Assembly (NCBI RefSeq): GCF_964213995.1 | Contig: NC_135808.1 | Location: 50,158,001 to 50,222,000, forward strand | Direction: 5' to 3' | Length of the DNA: 64,000 nucleotides | Source of the DNA: Mustelus asterias | Lineage: Eukaryota | Shown here: positions 1 to 12,544 of the stretch, piece by piece | Layout of the letters: every line of letters starts with the position of its first letter | Position numbering within the stretch: position 1 is the stretch's first letter | Program-made: the position numbers and the translations under genes | The notes under the pieces: model-generated | Database searches by the model: none | Told to the model about the DNA's origin: nothing | Seen by the model: only the letters and a program-made list of their open reading frames with translations

Positions 1-399
1 TGAGGGGGGATCTTATGGAGACTTATAAGATAATGCGGGGGCTGGACAGGGTGGAGGCGGAGAGATTCTTTCCACTTAGTAAGGAAGTTAAAACTAGAGG
101 ACACAGCCTCAAAATAAAGGGGGGTCGGTTTAAGACAGAGTTGAGGAGGAACTTCTTCTCCCAGAGGGTGGTGAATCTCTGGAATTCTCTGCCCACTGAG
201 GTGGTGGAGGCTACCTCACTGAATATGTTTAAGGCGCGGATGGATGGATTCCTGATCGGTAAGGGAATTAAGGGTTATGGGGATCAGGCGGGTAAGTGGT
301 ACTGATCCACGTCAGATCAGCCATGATCTTATTGAATGGCGGGGCAGGCTCGAGGGGCTAGATGGCCTACTCCTGCTCCTATTTCTTATGTTCTTATGT
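1..399 (+). mobile_element. CR1-type LINE 3' end (young copy) with (TTCTTATG)n tail
   Basis: ORF 15..305 YKIMRG...TRGHSLKI...FFSQRVVNLWNSLP is a CR1 ORF2 C-terminus; nearly identical to 2436..2833. Confidence 0.9.
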
Positions 400-1150
400 T
401 CTTATTCCCGATGAAAAATTGTACTGCCACTACAGTGGCCAGAATACTAGCTGAGGAAGCTATCCCAAGATGGGAGGTGCCTTTGCAAATAGACTCCGAT
501 CAAGGCACGCACTTTACGGGGAAGGTTGTAAAAACCACATGTCAACTGATGGGGATAAGACAGATATTTCACATACCCTACCACCCTCAAAGCTCGGGGA
601 TGGTGGAACGTATGAATAGGACACTTACGATCTCCTAGGCAAAGGCCATGCAGGAATCAGGAAAGAGATGGACAGAAGTATTACCCGCCATATTAATGGA
701 ACTCAGAGCCACCACAAATCGGACCACTGGGCTGATACCATATGAGCTAATGACCGGAAGGGCTATGCAACTGCCCGAGTCCATCATTACCGGGGGGACA
801 GATGGAGGCCCATTACGGGACAAGATTAGACGATATGTATTAGAATTAAGCTCCCAATTAAAAGATATGCGGAAAAAAGTACGGGACAAACAAATAGCGG
901 TAGATGAGTACAATGAACTCGAACAGACCCCGGAGATACCCCCGGCAGGCAGCAAGGTTACGGTAAAAACCTTACCCGAAAAACCTGGATTCGCCCCCGA
1001 AGGGAAAAGCCCCTATGAGGTTATCATTAGTGGAGACACCTGTGCCTGTATAGATATGCAAGGCAGAGGCGTCTGGAAACACTGGACCCAGTTGAAAGAA
1101 TACACTGGCACCAATCGGAAAACATGTAATGGACAACAAAACAGTTAAGA
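400..1150 (+). mobile_element. Endogenous retrovirus pol remnant (integrase core and C-terminus)
   Basis: IDSDQGTHFTG, HIPYHPQSSGMVERMNRTL, PYELMTGR and WKHWTQLK motifs; frame broken near 638. Confidence 0.85.
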
Positions 1151-1579
1151 GGGGAGTAAAGGGTTAAACACCAGCAGGCTGAGAGTTTCTCTCTCTCTTG
1201 ACAAGGGAAAGAGAGAGAGAGAGCGAGAGGGGTGAAAGTGTGCGATCGAGAGCCACATGTGGTGGAAGAGGGTATCGCAGATCAATGTTTAATAAACTAT
1301 TCTCCCCAGTTGAAATTTTACAGGCGTGCATTACATTACAGCTGAAGAGTTGTAAGGAGAGCTAACCATTTAAGAGAAATAATTAATTATGCGCTCATCT
1401 TGAGCTTAAACCGGAGAGTCTGTAAGAAAGTATAAACGTCTTAATAAGTAGAGATATTTAAAAAGTGACAAAAATAAATGGATTGTTTGGATCAGGCTTT
1501 TGTTATAAAATGTACTCTTGATAGAATTGACAATGAAAAGATAAATGGAAAGAATTATTCCTGCGTATTTGAAGTGATG

Positions 1580-2833
1580 AAGTTTATGAAGATGTGACTA
1601 GGGCGGTTGATGGAGGAGAACCGGTGGATGCAGTGTTTCTGGATTTCCAAAAGGCGTTTGATAAGGTGCCCCATAAAAGGCTGCTGAAGAAGATTAGGGC
1701 ACACGGAGTTGGGGGTAGTGTGTTAAAGTGGATTGGGGACTGGCTATCCGACAGGAAGCAAAGAGTCGGAATAAATGGGTGTTTTTCCGGTTGGAGGAAG
1801 GTAACTAGTTGCGTGCCGCAGGGATCGGTACTCGGGGCCGCAACTATTTACCATTTATATAGATGATCTGGAGGAGGGGACGGAGTGTAGGGTAACGAAG
1901 TTTGCAGACGACACAAAGATAAGTGGAAAAGTGAATCGTGTGGAGGACGGAGAAGATCTGCAGAGAGATTTGGACAGGCTGAGTGAGTGGGCGAGGATAT
2001 GGCAAATGGAGTATAACGTTGAGAAATGCGAGGTTATACACTTTGGAGGAAATAATAACAAATGGGATTACTATCTCAATGGAAACAAATTAAAACATGC
2101 TACCGTGCAAAGGGACCTGGGGGTCCTTGTGCATGAGACGCAAAAGCCCAGTCTGCAGGTACAACAGGTGATCAAGAAGGCAAATGGGATGTTGGCCTAT
2201 ATCGCGAGGGGGATAGAATATAAAAGCAGGGATGTCTTGATGCACCTGTACAGGGCATTGGTGAGGCCGCAGCTGGAATACTGTGTGCAGTATTGATCCC
2301 CTTATATGAGGAAGGATATATTGGCATTGGAGGGAGTGCAGAGAAGGTTCACCAGGTTGATACCGGAGATGAGGGGTTTGGATTATGAGGAGAGGCTGAG
2401 GAGATTGGGTTTGTACTCGTTGGAGTTTAGAAGGATGAGGGGGGATCTTATGGAGACTTATAAGATAATGCGGGGGCTGGATAGGGTGGAGGCGGAGAGA
2501 TTCTTTCCACTTAGTAAGGAAGTTAAAACTAGAGGACACAGCCTCAAAATAAAGGGGGGTCGGTTTAAGACAGAGTTGAGGAGGAACTTCTTCTCCCAGA
2601 GGGTGGTGAATCTCTGGAATTCTCTGCCCACTGAGGTGGTGGAGGCTACCTCGCTGAATATGTTTAAAGCGCGGATGGATGGATTCCTGATCGGTAAGGG
2701 AATTAAGGGTTATGGGGATCAGGCGGGTAAGTGGTACTGATCCACGTCAGATCAGCCATGATCTTATTGAATGGCGGGGCAGGCTCGAGGGGCTAGATGG
2801 CCTACTCCTGCTCCTATTTCTAATGTTCTTATG
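1580..2833 (+). mobile_element. 5'-truncated CR1 LINE (RT and C-terminus), frameshifted
   Basis: DFQKAFDKVPH, VPQGSVLG, FADDTK, LVRPQLEYC; premature TGA at 2294..2296. Confidence 0.9.
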
Positions 2834-4599
2834 ATGCTTATTCACTTGTTTATGTTCAGCTGAGTGAACTTAGCCCTCCGGCTCTCTGCTGAAATGAGCA
2901 GAGAACTAATCCATCCTTTCCGCCACAGGAAATTCGTGTTATAAGACTTGCAGTAATCTTAAGATATAGAGTCAAAACCTAAGAGAGAAGGGAGTTGCAG
3001 AAGGTAGAATGGGAGCGTGTGTGTGTAATGCTGGGAATCATTATACGGCCATAATGCATTCTAATTAAAATGTGTTACATGGATCAACCATGAAACTGTA
3101 TTAAATGCCAGACAGGCTAAAAGGGAGTGCCCGCCTATAATACCAAATTGGCAAATCCATATAATTGAGATAAGAAAATGCTGGGAAAGTGTTTGTTACA
3201 AACTGTTCGAAATTAAAGTGATAAGATTTCTTGAATTTACTTCTGTTTTGAGTTGAATTACAGTTTGGCAAACAGCAGAATAAAAGTGACTGTTAATCAA
3301 CGTTCAGTTTTCTTCACTGTTTTATTTTCATCCCAGTTTAAGATGTTAAGTCTGAATAAATGTTGGAAGCTTCCATGTGTATCTGTGTGTTTAACAACGT
3401 GATTGCGTGAATGTTTTGTTGGTGTTCGCTTGAATGTTTTAATGTTGAGAAAGGAGTTAAACCTTGGAAGGACCATGTGCTCTTTCCTTGTCTTGAAGTT
3501 GAAATTATAAGAGTGTAGTTGAGAAGTTAAAAGAAAGGTAATTTTGTGAAAACAAAGAAAAGCAGGAACAGAAGAATAAGATGAATATACTGTCTCTGAG
3601 TCAGTTTAAAGTGTATCAAATCAGTGAAATGAATCGTAGTTCTGATTACCCCAAGTTACAGCAGGAGATTAACCTCAGTTGTTAATACAAATAAAGATGT
3701 TGCCCTTGAGTATTTTTAAACACCATGAATTGTTGGAACTTGTGTTACCAGTTAGTTATTTTTAAATAACATGATAATAATATGAAATTTGTGATGTTCT
3801 GATAACATGCAAAAAATGACATAATTTAAACCATCTCACATTGATGATAGTTCTGTAAAATTAGATACTGCCGTTGGAATTGCGTGTGCCATCTATTGTT
3901 CAAGGTTTTCCAGATGTAAAAACACTGCAAAGCTTAAAACCTAGCCAGCTAGGAATCAAACCAAAACATTTCTAATCAAGTAACAATTGTTATTGTTATA
4001 TGTATTGTGCTTGTTATTGTTCTAAAATGCAGGGATTCCGATCTGGAGCAGCTTAAAAATAAAAACGACTTAAATTAAGAGGGTTTGGATATACCCGAGA
4101 GAATCAAATCCTGGAGAGCCTTAACCAATTTTATATGTTGATATATATTGTGTATTGATACAACATAATTCTGTGGAAGAAAAGGCTATTTATTCCAAAC
4201 ATTTAACCATTCTTTGCCATAATTTGTAATAATTTGCACAATTAACATTAACATGAGAGGAAGTGAAACCGGATTACAAGGGAAAGAGAGAGAGAGAGAG
4301 AAAGAGTTGGTGACTGGCCTTACAACCAGACTCAAAAATCTTGCAGCATTCGACTGGACACAACAGATAGCTCATTCGGTTATCTGTGTTTTTAAAGAGC
4401 TGTGTCTGGCTCAGTGACCACGTAACACTGTTGTTTACCTCATGAGATAATCTGTCTATAGAGGGATCATTTCTGCTCAAACAAATGATCATATTAGATA
4501 TAATGTAAGATACATCATACAAAGATCGGAGCTGTATAGTATATGATTTTAAGTACACTAAGCTCTCTATGCAAGGGGGGTATGTAGTTAAATGTATAA

Positions 4600-5060
4600 T
4601 GCACTGGCTTTTGTGGCCAAAGGTATTGCCCACCATACTAATGAGATTAAGGGTTGCCACAAACCAAACAACCGGATTAACCCCTTATGAGCTAATGACA
4701 GGACAGGCGATGCAATTACTAGAAAGCACCATAACAGGTGGGACTGATGTAGGTCCACTAAAAGATAAAATCAGGAGATATGTTTTGGAACTAAGCACCC
4801 AACTAAAAGGGATGCGTAAATTGGTAAAAGACAATTAGGAGATAAGAGACACAGAGAGAGAGCTTGAAATGCTCCCTGACATCCCAACAGCGGGACGTCC
4901 GAGTGAAAACAGTACCTGACAAATCAGGGTTTGTACTAAAATGGGATGGGCCGTATGAAGTTATAATTAGTGAAGATACCTGTGCCTGCATAGACATAAG
5001 GGGGAAAGGTCATTAAACTCAGTTGAAAGAATATGCTGAAACTAATTGGGAAATTATGTG
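4600..5060 (+). mobile_element. Second ERV integrase C-terminal remnant
   Basis: WPKVLPTILMRLRVATNQTTGLTPYELMTG...GPLKDKIRRYVLELS, clear paralog of 648..1148. Confidence 0.85.
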
Positions 5061-5194
5061 ATATCCTCCCATTGCAGGAATGTACAGACAATAACCAACC
5101 TCCAAGCAAGCTGAACTGGTGCGCGGTGCTTCGCGCGGGCGGTAGCCTTTGGACCGTTGTATAACGGTCGCGCGGGTTATTAGTAAGTGATAAG

Positions 5195-5470
5195 ATGTTT
5201 TTCATGTTACTTCTCACGACCCTGGCCCTGTTAGCTATAGTGGGAAAGTATAGATGGAATTATGAGAATTTGGGGATGGGACACAGTGAACATCTCTGTG
5301 ACGATGACTCTGTCTATTGTATGAACACCTTTGTGTATATGTCTTATCTCTATGCATCACAATCGAATTTGAGCAAGTGCTGGGTCTGTTCACACATTCC
5401 CACGCACGGAGGAAAGGGAGGAATTCCTTTATTCCCTATCCCTTTATCAGCTCCAGATACACAATATCGG
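5195..5470 (+). pseudogene. ERV env (SU) N-terminal fragment
   Basis: Hydrophobic N-terminus then N-x-S-x-CWVC (CxxC motif of gamma/epsilon-type Env SU), directly after the pol end. Confidence 0.7.
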
Positions 5471-6224
5471 GACCTCTCAGGCCAGTTCTGACGTTATCAG
5501 TAAAAACAGAACTGTTATACATTTTCTTAATCTGATTCTCCGCCTTACATTAGTTTAAAATTAATTTCATTTAATGTCCATATGTTAACATAAATTATTG
5601 CCAAATGCCTCAGCTAACCACTTAGTACTTTCCAGCATGATGGTTTCTCATTCGTCCATTACAACCGGACATTACTCACTTGTTGGCTAAAGCTATTTCC
5701 CTGTTGCCTGGATGCGGTAGATGCTACCGTAAGGGTCAAAGTGGAGGTTCCTACCAGCTCACTGCCAAGCTGAATAGACATGTGTTGCTGCATCCAGGGT
5801 CATGTCTATTCTATGTCTGGGCTGTGAATTGATTTAAACATTATGTTGCACAATGTGTTCCCTCATCGGGATCTCCCAGATATGAGTTTGCAAACTAATG
5901 GGTTCCCAGGCCTTTGGCTCGAAACATTTTACCTTTCCCACCATGCCTTTCAGTACCTTGCATTGGCCAAAGTGTACAATCACAGTAAAATACTTGAAAT
6001 ACATTTAGAATATCAACTTCTATGTCTTAAAATCATAGTTGTTTTAATTCTCTTACTGCGCTCACATGTGGGTAAGTTATCATTTAACTCCTTACTGTTC
6101 GCTCTGCCAGTGCTTGTACTCTCTAAAAATGAAGTGAAATGTAAAATAATCCCTTTCATCTCCCCATGGGGCTTGGTCTCAGATTGTTCTTGTGAAGCAC
6201 GTGAATACAAGTTGTATTATATTG

Positions 6225-6870
6225 GCAGTTGTGTGTGTGGTGTGTGTGTGATGCCTCCCATGTTTGATGAGCTGGGAATTGTGTGTGTGTGTGTGTGTTT
6301 TCGTGTGTGTGTGTTTTCGTGTGTGTGTGTTTTCGTGTGTGTGTGTTTTCGTGTGTGTGTGTGTTTTCGTGTGTGTGTTTTCGTGTGTGTGTGTGTTTTC
6401 GTGTGTGTGTGTGTTTTCGTGTGTGTGTGTGCGTCTGGGTGTGTGTGTGTTTTCGTGTGTCTGGGTGTGTGTGTGTGTTTTCGTGTGTGTGTGTGTGTTT
6501 TCGTGTGTGTGTGTGTTTTCGTGTGTGTGTGTTTTCGTGTGTGTGTGTGTGTGTTTTCGTGTGTGTGTGTGTTTTCGTGTGTGTGTGTGTTTTCGTGCGT
6601 GTGTGTGTGTGTGTGTGTGTGCGTCTGGGTGTGTGTGTGTTTTCGTGTGTCTGGGTGTGTGTGTGTGTTTTCGTGTGTGTGTGTGTTTTGTGTGTGTGTG
6701 TACGTCTGTGGGTGTGTGTGTGCGTGTGTGTTTTCGTGTGTGTGTGTGTTCGTATGTGAGTGTGTGTGTGATGCCACTGTTGTTGATGAGCTGGGAGTTG
6801 TGTGTGTTTGTGATGCCTCCTACGATCGATGAGCTAGGAATTGTGTGTGTGTGTGATGCCTCCTGTGATT
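6225..6870. repeat. Compound (GT)n/GTTTTC microsatellite
   Basis: GT runs punctuated by TTTTC; source of the spurious CV/HT ORFs. Confidence 0.95.
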
Positions 6871-7279
6871 GATGAGGCAAATGCTTTAGGGGGTAAGGGG
6901 GGGTAAGATGGCACGGGGGTGGGTGAGGGTTCGGATGCATTGTGGCTTTGGGTGAGTTTGAGATTGGGGGATATTGTGAAGGGCAGGTCAGGTCACGGGG
7001 TGGTTGGTGTTTTGGTGCTGCCAATCGGTCAGGTGGGTATTCAGGAAGGTGAGGGGATCAGACAGGGGACATGTTTCAGTTTTACACTGACCACGGTGTT
7101 GGAACTGCTCTGAATCGTTCTAACTTTTCCTGGGTAACTATTCTGGGCAGTAAGTCAGAAACATCTGAATTCTCCAGATTTCAGTCCGAGATTCAGAGAG
7201 TTCCAGACTCAGGGGAATTCCCCATATAGATCCGGGATACGACCATCCGGAGATTGGAAGTTCTGGGTCAGGAGCTCAG

Positions 7280-10040
7280 ACCAACCAAAGATGAGATAAA
7301 GAGGTGGACAATGAGAGTTTGAAAGGATCAAAGTGAGTTGGAGAGGTGGAGGGGGTTATGGAGGGAATTCCAGAGCTTGGAACCCAGGCAGCTGAAGGCT
7401 TGGCCACCAATGGTGGAGACATTGGGCCTGATTTTACCATTTTCATTCCAAGTGCTGAATCTGGGCGCAATTCAGATCCGACTGAGAAATCTGCTTTCAG
7501 GCGCCCCCCATACACACCCAGCTTGATTAAAAAAACCGCGGGTCCCATTCGCGGTGTGTGCGGGGCTTAGCGCGCCCGAAACGATCGGAGCTCTGAACTG
7601 CGCATGCGCAGTTGGAAACAAATGTGAAAAAGTGTGCCCAAGTCAGATCGCTCCCGGACCGCAGAAAGCGGAGAAAGTGGCTCGGGAGCGAAAAGCGGGA
7701 GCGTTGGCCCCCACAGACATCACTGTCCCCCTTATCAACCCCCCCCCGCTACCCAGACCGATCGTGACTCCTGCCCCCTTCCCCCCCCCCCACCGATCAC
7801 CCGCAGAGTGGCAGCAGACTCCCCTGCCCCCCTCCCCCACCAGAGATCCATCTGCGCCCCCCCCTGACCAGTGCCCCCCCCTGACCAGTGAGCGATCGGG
7901 CCTCCCCCCCCCCCTCTTCACCAGAGACACATCTTACCCGCCTCCCTCCTCCCCCCCCATCTCAGCGAATGATCGGGCCTCACTCCCCCCACCCAGAGGA
8001 ACATCTGACCCGCCTCCTCCTCCCTCCCCACCAGACAATGATCAGCCCTCCCCGCCCTCCCCACCACCAGACAACGATCGGGCCTCCCTCCACCCCCTCC
8101 CCATCTCCCCACCAGAGATACATCTGACCCGCCTCCTCCTCCTTCCACCCCCCCTCCCCCCCGCCAAACCAGACAACGATCGGGCCTCCCTCCCCCCCAC
8201 CCCGCCCCCCACTCCCCACCAGAGATACATCTGACCCATGTCCTCCTCCTGCGCCCCCTCCCCACCCCCCACCCCCAACCAGACAACGATCTGGCCTCAC
8301 TCCCCTCCCCCCACCCCCCCAACCAGAGAATGTTCTGACCTGCCTCCCTCCTCCCCCCCACCACCGATCTGAGTCAGGGAGCCGCTGGAAGCTCTGAACT
8401 CGCTCTTCAGCAGCTGGAGCGCCCGATTCAGACTTTTATTCAGCATGTCCGTTTCGGCGCGATTCCGGGTCGGCGAACGTGGCGGTAAAGGGGGAAATGC
8501 TGATAAAGGTGGGCGGGCAGTTCATTAATTCAATTAAAATACATGCAAATACATTTAAATCACCGTTGCGCTCATTTTGGGTGCGAAGCGGATTGCCACC
8601 ATTCCCGGGTTTCGGTAAAGTAGCCATCTGCGCGGGCGCGGGCGTGGATCGCGTTAATGGCCTCACACCCGACTTTACCACGTTTTCCCACCCAAAAACG
8701 GGCGCGACGCATTGGTAAAATAGGGCCCATTATGATCAGGAATGTACAAGAGGCCAGGATTAGAGGAACACAGATATCTCGAAGGGTTGTGGGGCTGGAG
8801 GAGATTCCAGAGAGAGGGAGGGAGTGAGGACATGGAGGGATTTGAAAACAAGGATGAGAAGTTTAAAATCAAGACATTGCTTGATCAGGAGTCAGTGTAG
8901 GCCAGTGAGCACAGGGGGTGATAGGGGAACGGGACTTGGTGTGAGTTCAGACTGGGACAGCAGAGTTTGGGATGAGCTGATGTGTGCGGAGGGTGGAATG
9001 TGGGAGAACGGCAAGGAGTGTATTGGGATAGTCACGTCTAGAGGAACAAAGGCTTTTTCAGCAGCAGATGGACCGAGAACAGCAGGTCGCTCTCATGGAC
9101 AAGATGAGCTCAGAGAAGCCATGAGGGGGGATTGGAGAGAAACTAGAGAAAGATGTGAGTTCAGGGCTCGGGCGGGGGAGGTAGAATTAGAGGATGTTTG
9201 TCCAGATGGTGAGAGGAAGGAAGGGACGTGGCAGAGGCAGCTGATTGGATTGTCTCAATCTTAGTCACAAAGACCTCGGTGAGATCCTCACACTTGTTGC
9301 TGGAGGTGAGGGGGGAGGGGACAGGGGAGAGGGGTTTAAGAAGTTGGTCTGCAGTTGGGTAAAGAAGGCGGAGCTTATCTTCTCATTCCAGGATGATCCT
9401 GGAATAGTCAGCAGTTTTAGCAGATGAGAGTAGGAGCCGGAAGTGTTTGAAGTGCTCCAGCCAGATCAGCCAGTGGATGGATGAACCAGTTGTCCACCAG
9501 ATCCTTTCAAGTCTGTGTCCCTGGGATGAAGTGAGTGGAGATGAGGCCGGAGCAGGGGGAACGGCCGGGGGGAGAGGGAATCATGGTTTTATTGGGGATT
9601 AGGATATCAAAGGTGGGGGTGAGGGGGAGCCAATCAGTCGCTGCAGAAATGTTGTGGTGATCGGAGGGCCAGAGACTCGATAGTTGGGATTTGGAAAGTG
9701 CGGTTGTAATTGAATGGACACAGCTGGAAGAGTTGGGTGAGGAGAAACAAAGGGGTTGCCTCCCCACAGAGCTGGTCTGAGAATCAACTGGCTTCTGGTA
9801 AAATGAAATTGAAGATAGATGGGAATTGGAAAGTGCGGTTGTAAGTGGATTGGGGAATAGGTTTTTGCAGGGATGGATACAGAAGGGGGTAGGGTTGGGG
9901 GTGTGGAAGGAGGATGTGGCTGGGGAGTGATACAAGGAAGTGATCAGAGATGGTCTTATCTCTGATTGAAACTCTGGGAGCAGTGAGACCACGTGAGATG
10001 GTTAAGGTCAAGGGGGAGGTGGTGAATATGGGGTGGAGAA
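7280..10040 (-). mobile_element. Degenerate L2-type LINE fragments (interrupted by a MITE)
   Basis: L2-like 3' sequence continuous across the MITE; endonuclease end LTISRGL...ISDHFLV at 9784..10011. Confidence 0.6.
7424..8728. mobile_element. Non-autonomous TIR DNA transposon (PIF/Harbinger-superfamily-like MITE)
   Basis: Imperfect TIRs GGGCCTGATTTTACCA / TGGTAAAATAGGGCCC; 3-bp TSD ATT (7421..7423, 8729..8731); C-rich internal tandem repeats. Confidence 0.75.
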
Positions 10041-10385
10041 TTGTGATTGTGATGGTTTAATCCCAGCAACTTTCAGTTTCTTTTCTGTTTTCAATCTTGT
10101 CACTCAAGAGATTCCAGATCAAACTGATAATTTTCAAATGAATGATCATTGGCTTTGAATCCAATCTTCTGCAGATGTGTCATTGATTGACAGACCAAGC
10201 AGCCAATCAGGACAATCACTTGGTGAAATGCAGCCAATCAGCTGATGGGGAGGTGGGACGTTTCCAAAGCACTCACCAGACAGAAACGGAATATTCTTAA
10301 TGTTTATTACCTTTTACACATTGACATTGACAGAAAAAACAGCCCAGCCAGAGGAAGCTGGAGAAATTCACAGGGAGAATGGAGG

Positions 10386-10391
10386 TTTATT
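10386..10391 (-). terminator. Polyadenylation signal AATAAA, cluster 1
   Basis: TTTATT ~430 bp past the C stop; conserved in cluster 2. Confidence 0.6.
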
Positions 10392-10823
10392 AAAACACTT
10401 GTGGAGATTTTCTCAATAACATGAGAATCCTGTCCCTTTAAACAGTGACTAAAGCTTCAATTGTAACTGCAGGGTGAGCAGGAAGGAGGTCTGGTTTACT
10501 GAAGCAGACACTTCACAGGGTCACATTATTATTGTACAGCTGACACTCTTCAGCATCTTCCAGAGGTTGTACTTGTTATCACGAGTCTGCACTGTCCCCA
10601 TCAAACTCTCCCAGGACAGTAACACCACAGGGTTAAATACAAAGTAAAGCTCCCTCTACACTATACCAATAACGTGCTTTAACCCCTGACCCTCAGAAGT
10701 GTCTCAGACCCAGTCCCGAGGAGGAAGAGAGTTGTAATTCAATGCTGATAATGACCTTTGCCCTCCCAGCTCACCCCTGTTCTATTCCAAGTTGTGCCTC
10801 CTCTGTGGACTGTCTCTAACACT

Positions 10824-11152
10824 CTAGGCACATTCTGATCTACTGACGCTCTTGCTGAGGGGCGAGGAGAGGCTGACGTGGGTGAGGGCACAGGAGAAGC
10901 GGGCGTTGGACTCCCAGTCGGAGCCAGAGAGGGTCAGCAGGCTGCTGACGCTGTAGGTGTTGTCTGAAGCTCGCAGGTAGTTGCTGGTCTGAACCCCGTT
11001 GGAAATGGCTGCACCATCCTTCTTCCACTTCACCTCCACCTCATCGGGATAGAAGTGATTGGCAAGGCACACCAGGGTGGCAGTGCCCTTGTTCTTGACC
11101 TCCTCCGGGGAGGGGGGCAACAGGGTCAGCGTGGGTTGTGAATTCTCACGGG
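10824..11152 (-). CDS. IGKC: Ig kappa constant exon, cluster 1
   Basis: Pyrimidine tract + AG acceptor (11153..11154); RENSQPTLTLLPPSPEEVKNKGTATLVCLANHFYP...FSCALTH...SRSECA*; C1-set domain with penultimate Cys. Confidence 0.95.
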
Positions 11153-11199
11153 CTGAAAGAGAAGAGAAGGAATTTTAATCACTGCCATTTTCAGGCTTT

Positions 11200-12060
11200 C
11201 AACTTCCCGAATATTGACTGGGATCAAATCAGTGTCAATGTTTCGATGTTGCAGAATTCTGAAAATCCATTCCGGGGGAAATTTTTTAACCAGCACGGAA
11301 CAATCCCAACAAGCGAAGGGGCAGTTTTGGGCAGTTTTATAGAATGAATCTCGGCATGTGGAAGGTGTATCAGTGGGAGAGCATTTGGGTAATAGTGATC
11401 ATAATACAGTTAGATTTAGAGTAGTTACGGAAAAGGGGAAAGATCGATCAAGAGTAAACGTTTTAAATTGGGAAAAGGCCAATTTCACGAAACTGGGATT
11501 TGCCAAAATGGAGAGGAAACAGCGACTTGAAGGTAAATCAGTGTCAGAGCAGTGGGAGGATATTCGAGCTGGAGATGGAGTTCAGAACAAATATGTTCAC
11601 ACAAAGCAATAGCGTGGGACATTGCAAGGAGGATAACTAAGGAATGAATAGGGCAGGTCAGAGAGCAACAAGGTAACTTGTGTGTGGAGGGAGAAGACAC
11701 GGTGATGGTTCTTCATGAATAATTTACATCAGATATCACAAATGAGAGGGATAAAGCTAACATTGTAGTTCAGGAGGAGAGGGATTGTGAAATAATCAAT
11801 GGGATAATGATAGTGTGGGAGGAGATATTAATGTGCTTATCATCTTTGAAAGTGGAAAAATTCCCAGGCCCGGGTGAAATGTATCCCAGGATGCGAAGGG
11901 AAGCATGGGAAGAAAAAGCAGAGACTCTGACCATTATTTTCCAATCCTCTCTGGCTACAGGTGTGGTGTGGGAGGACTGGAGGACGGATAATGCTGTTTA
12001 AAATTACAGGCTGATGGGATTCAAGGGAAAGTGGCACGTTCGATTTCAAATTAGTTCAGT
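11200..12060 (+). mobile_element. Degenerate CR1 fragments in the J-C intron (shared with ~58050..58920)
   Basis: HLGNSDHN and PGPGEMYPR motifs. Confidence 0.7.
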
Positions 12061-12544
12061 GTCTGGGGGTAAAGGTTTGATTTGAAGCTGGTTAAATCAT
12101 TTTGCATATATAAAGAAAGTTACAACAAATTCAGCACTGAAATGGTTAATAATGAGAGTATTTAAAGACACAGTGTCCCTTTAAGAGACTGTTAACCAGT
12201 CAGGAAGCTGGAACTATTGTTCAGTCTGTCTGGGGGATACAGGTTGAGCATCAACAAACCTCAGATCACACACAGATCAGGAGAACTTTATCCCAGAACA
12301 TTGCAGCAGACTTGGATCAACACACTTCACACAGCATTCTGATTGGCTGTCAGTGTAGAAGCTTCCAGATTTCATTTCAAACCTTACCCCCAGCACTTGG
12401 CTGAGGTCAAGGGTGAGGTTAGAATTAGTCTCAGTGTCCAGGGGTCAGACAGGGTCACTGCTCCGAATGACCCCATGACCTCTGGAGGGTGTGAGTGTGT
12501 GGATAATGAGTGAGGGTTAGGATCAGGAATCTCCAACCTCAAAG

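Noticed and set aside
5843-7024. Long Cys/Val- and His/Thr-rich ORFs
   Set aside because: Translations of a GT microsatellite.
7212-7223. Palindromic kappaB site GGGGAATTCCCC
   Set aside because: Isolated motif in repeat-rich DNA with no counterpart in arm 2.
7554-8364. Pro-rich and Gly-rich ORFs
   Set aside because: Low-complexity interior of a MITE.
9860-9900. Nonamer-like GGTTTTTGC downstream of C as a possible KDE
   Set aside because: No heptamer at either spacing, wrong orientation, and it lies in an L2 remnant.
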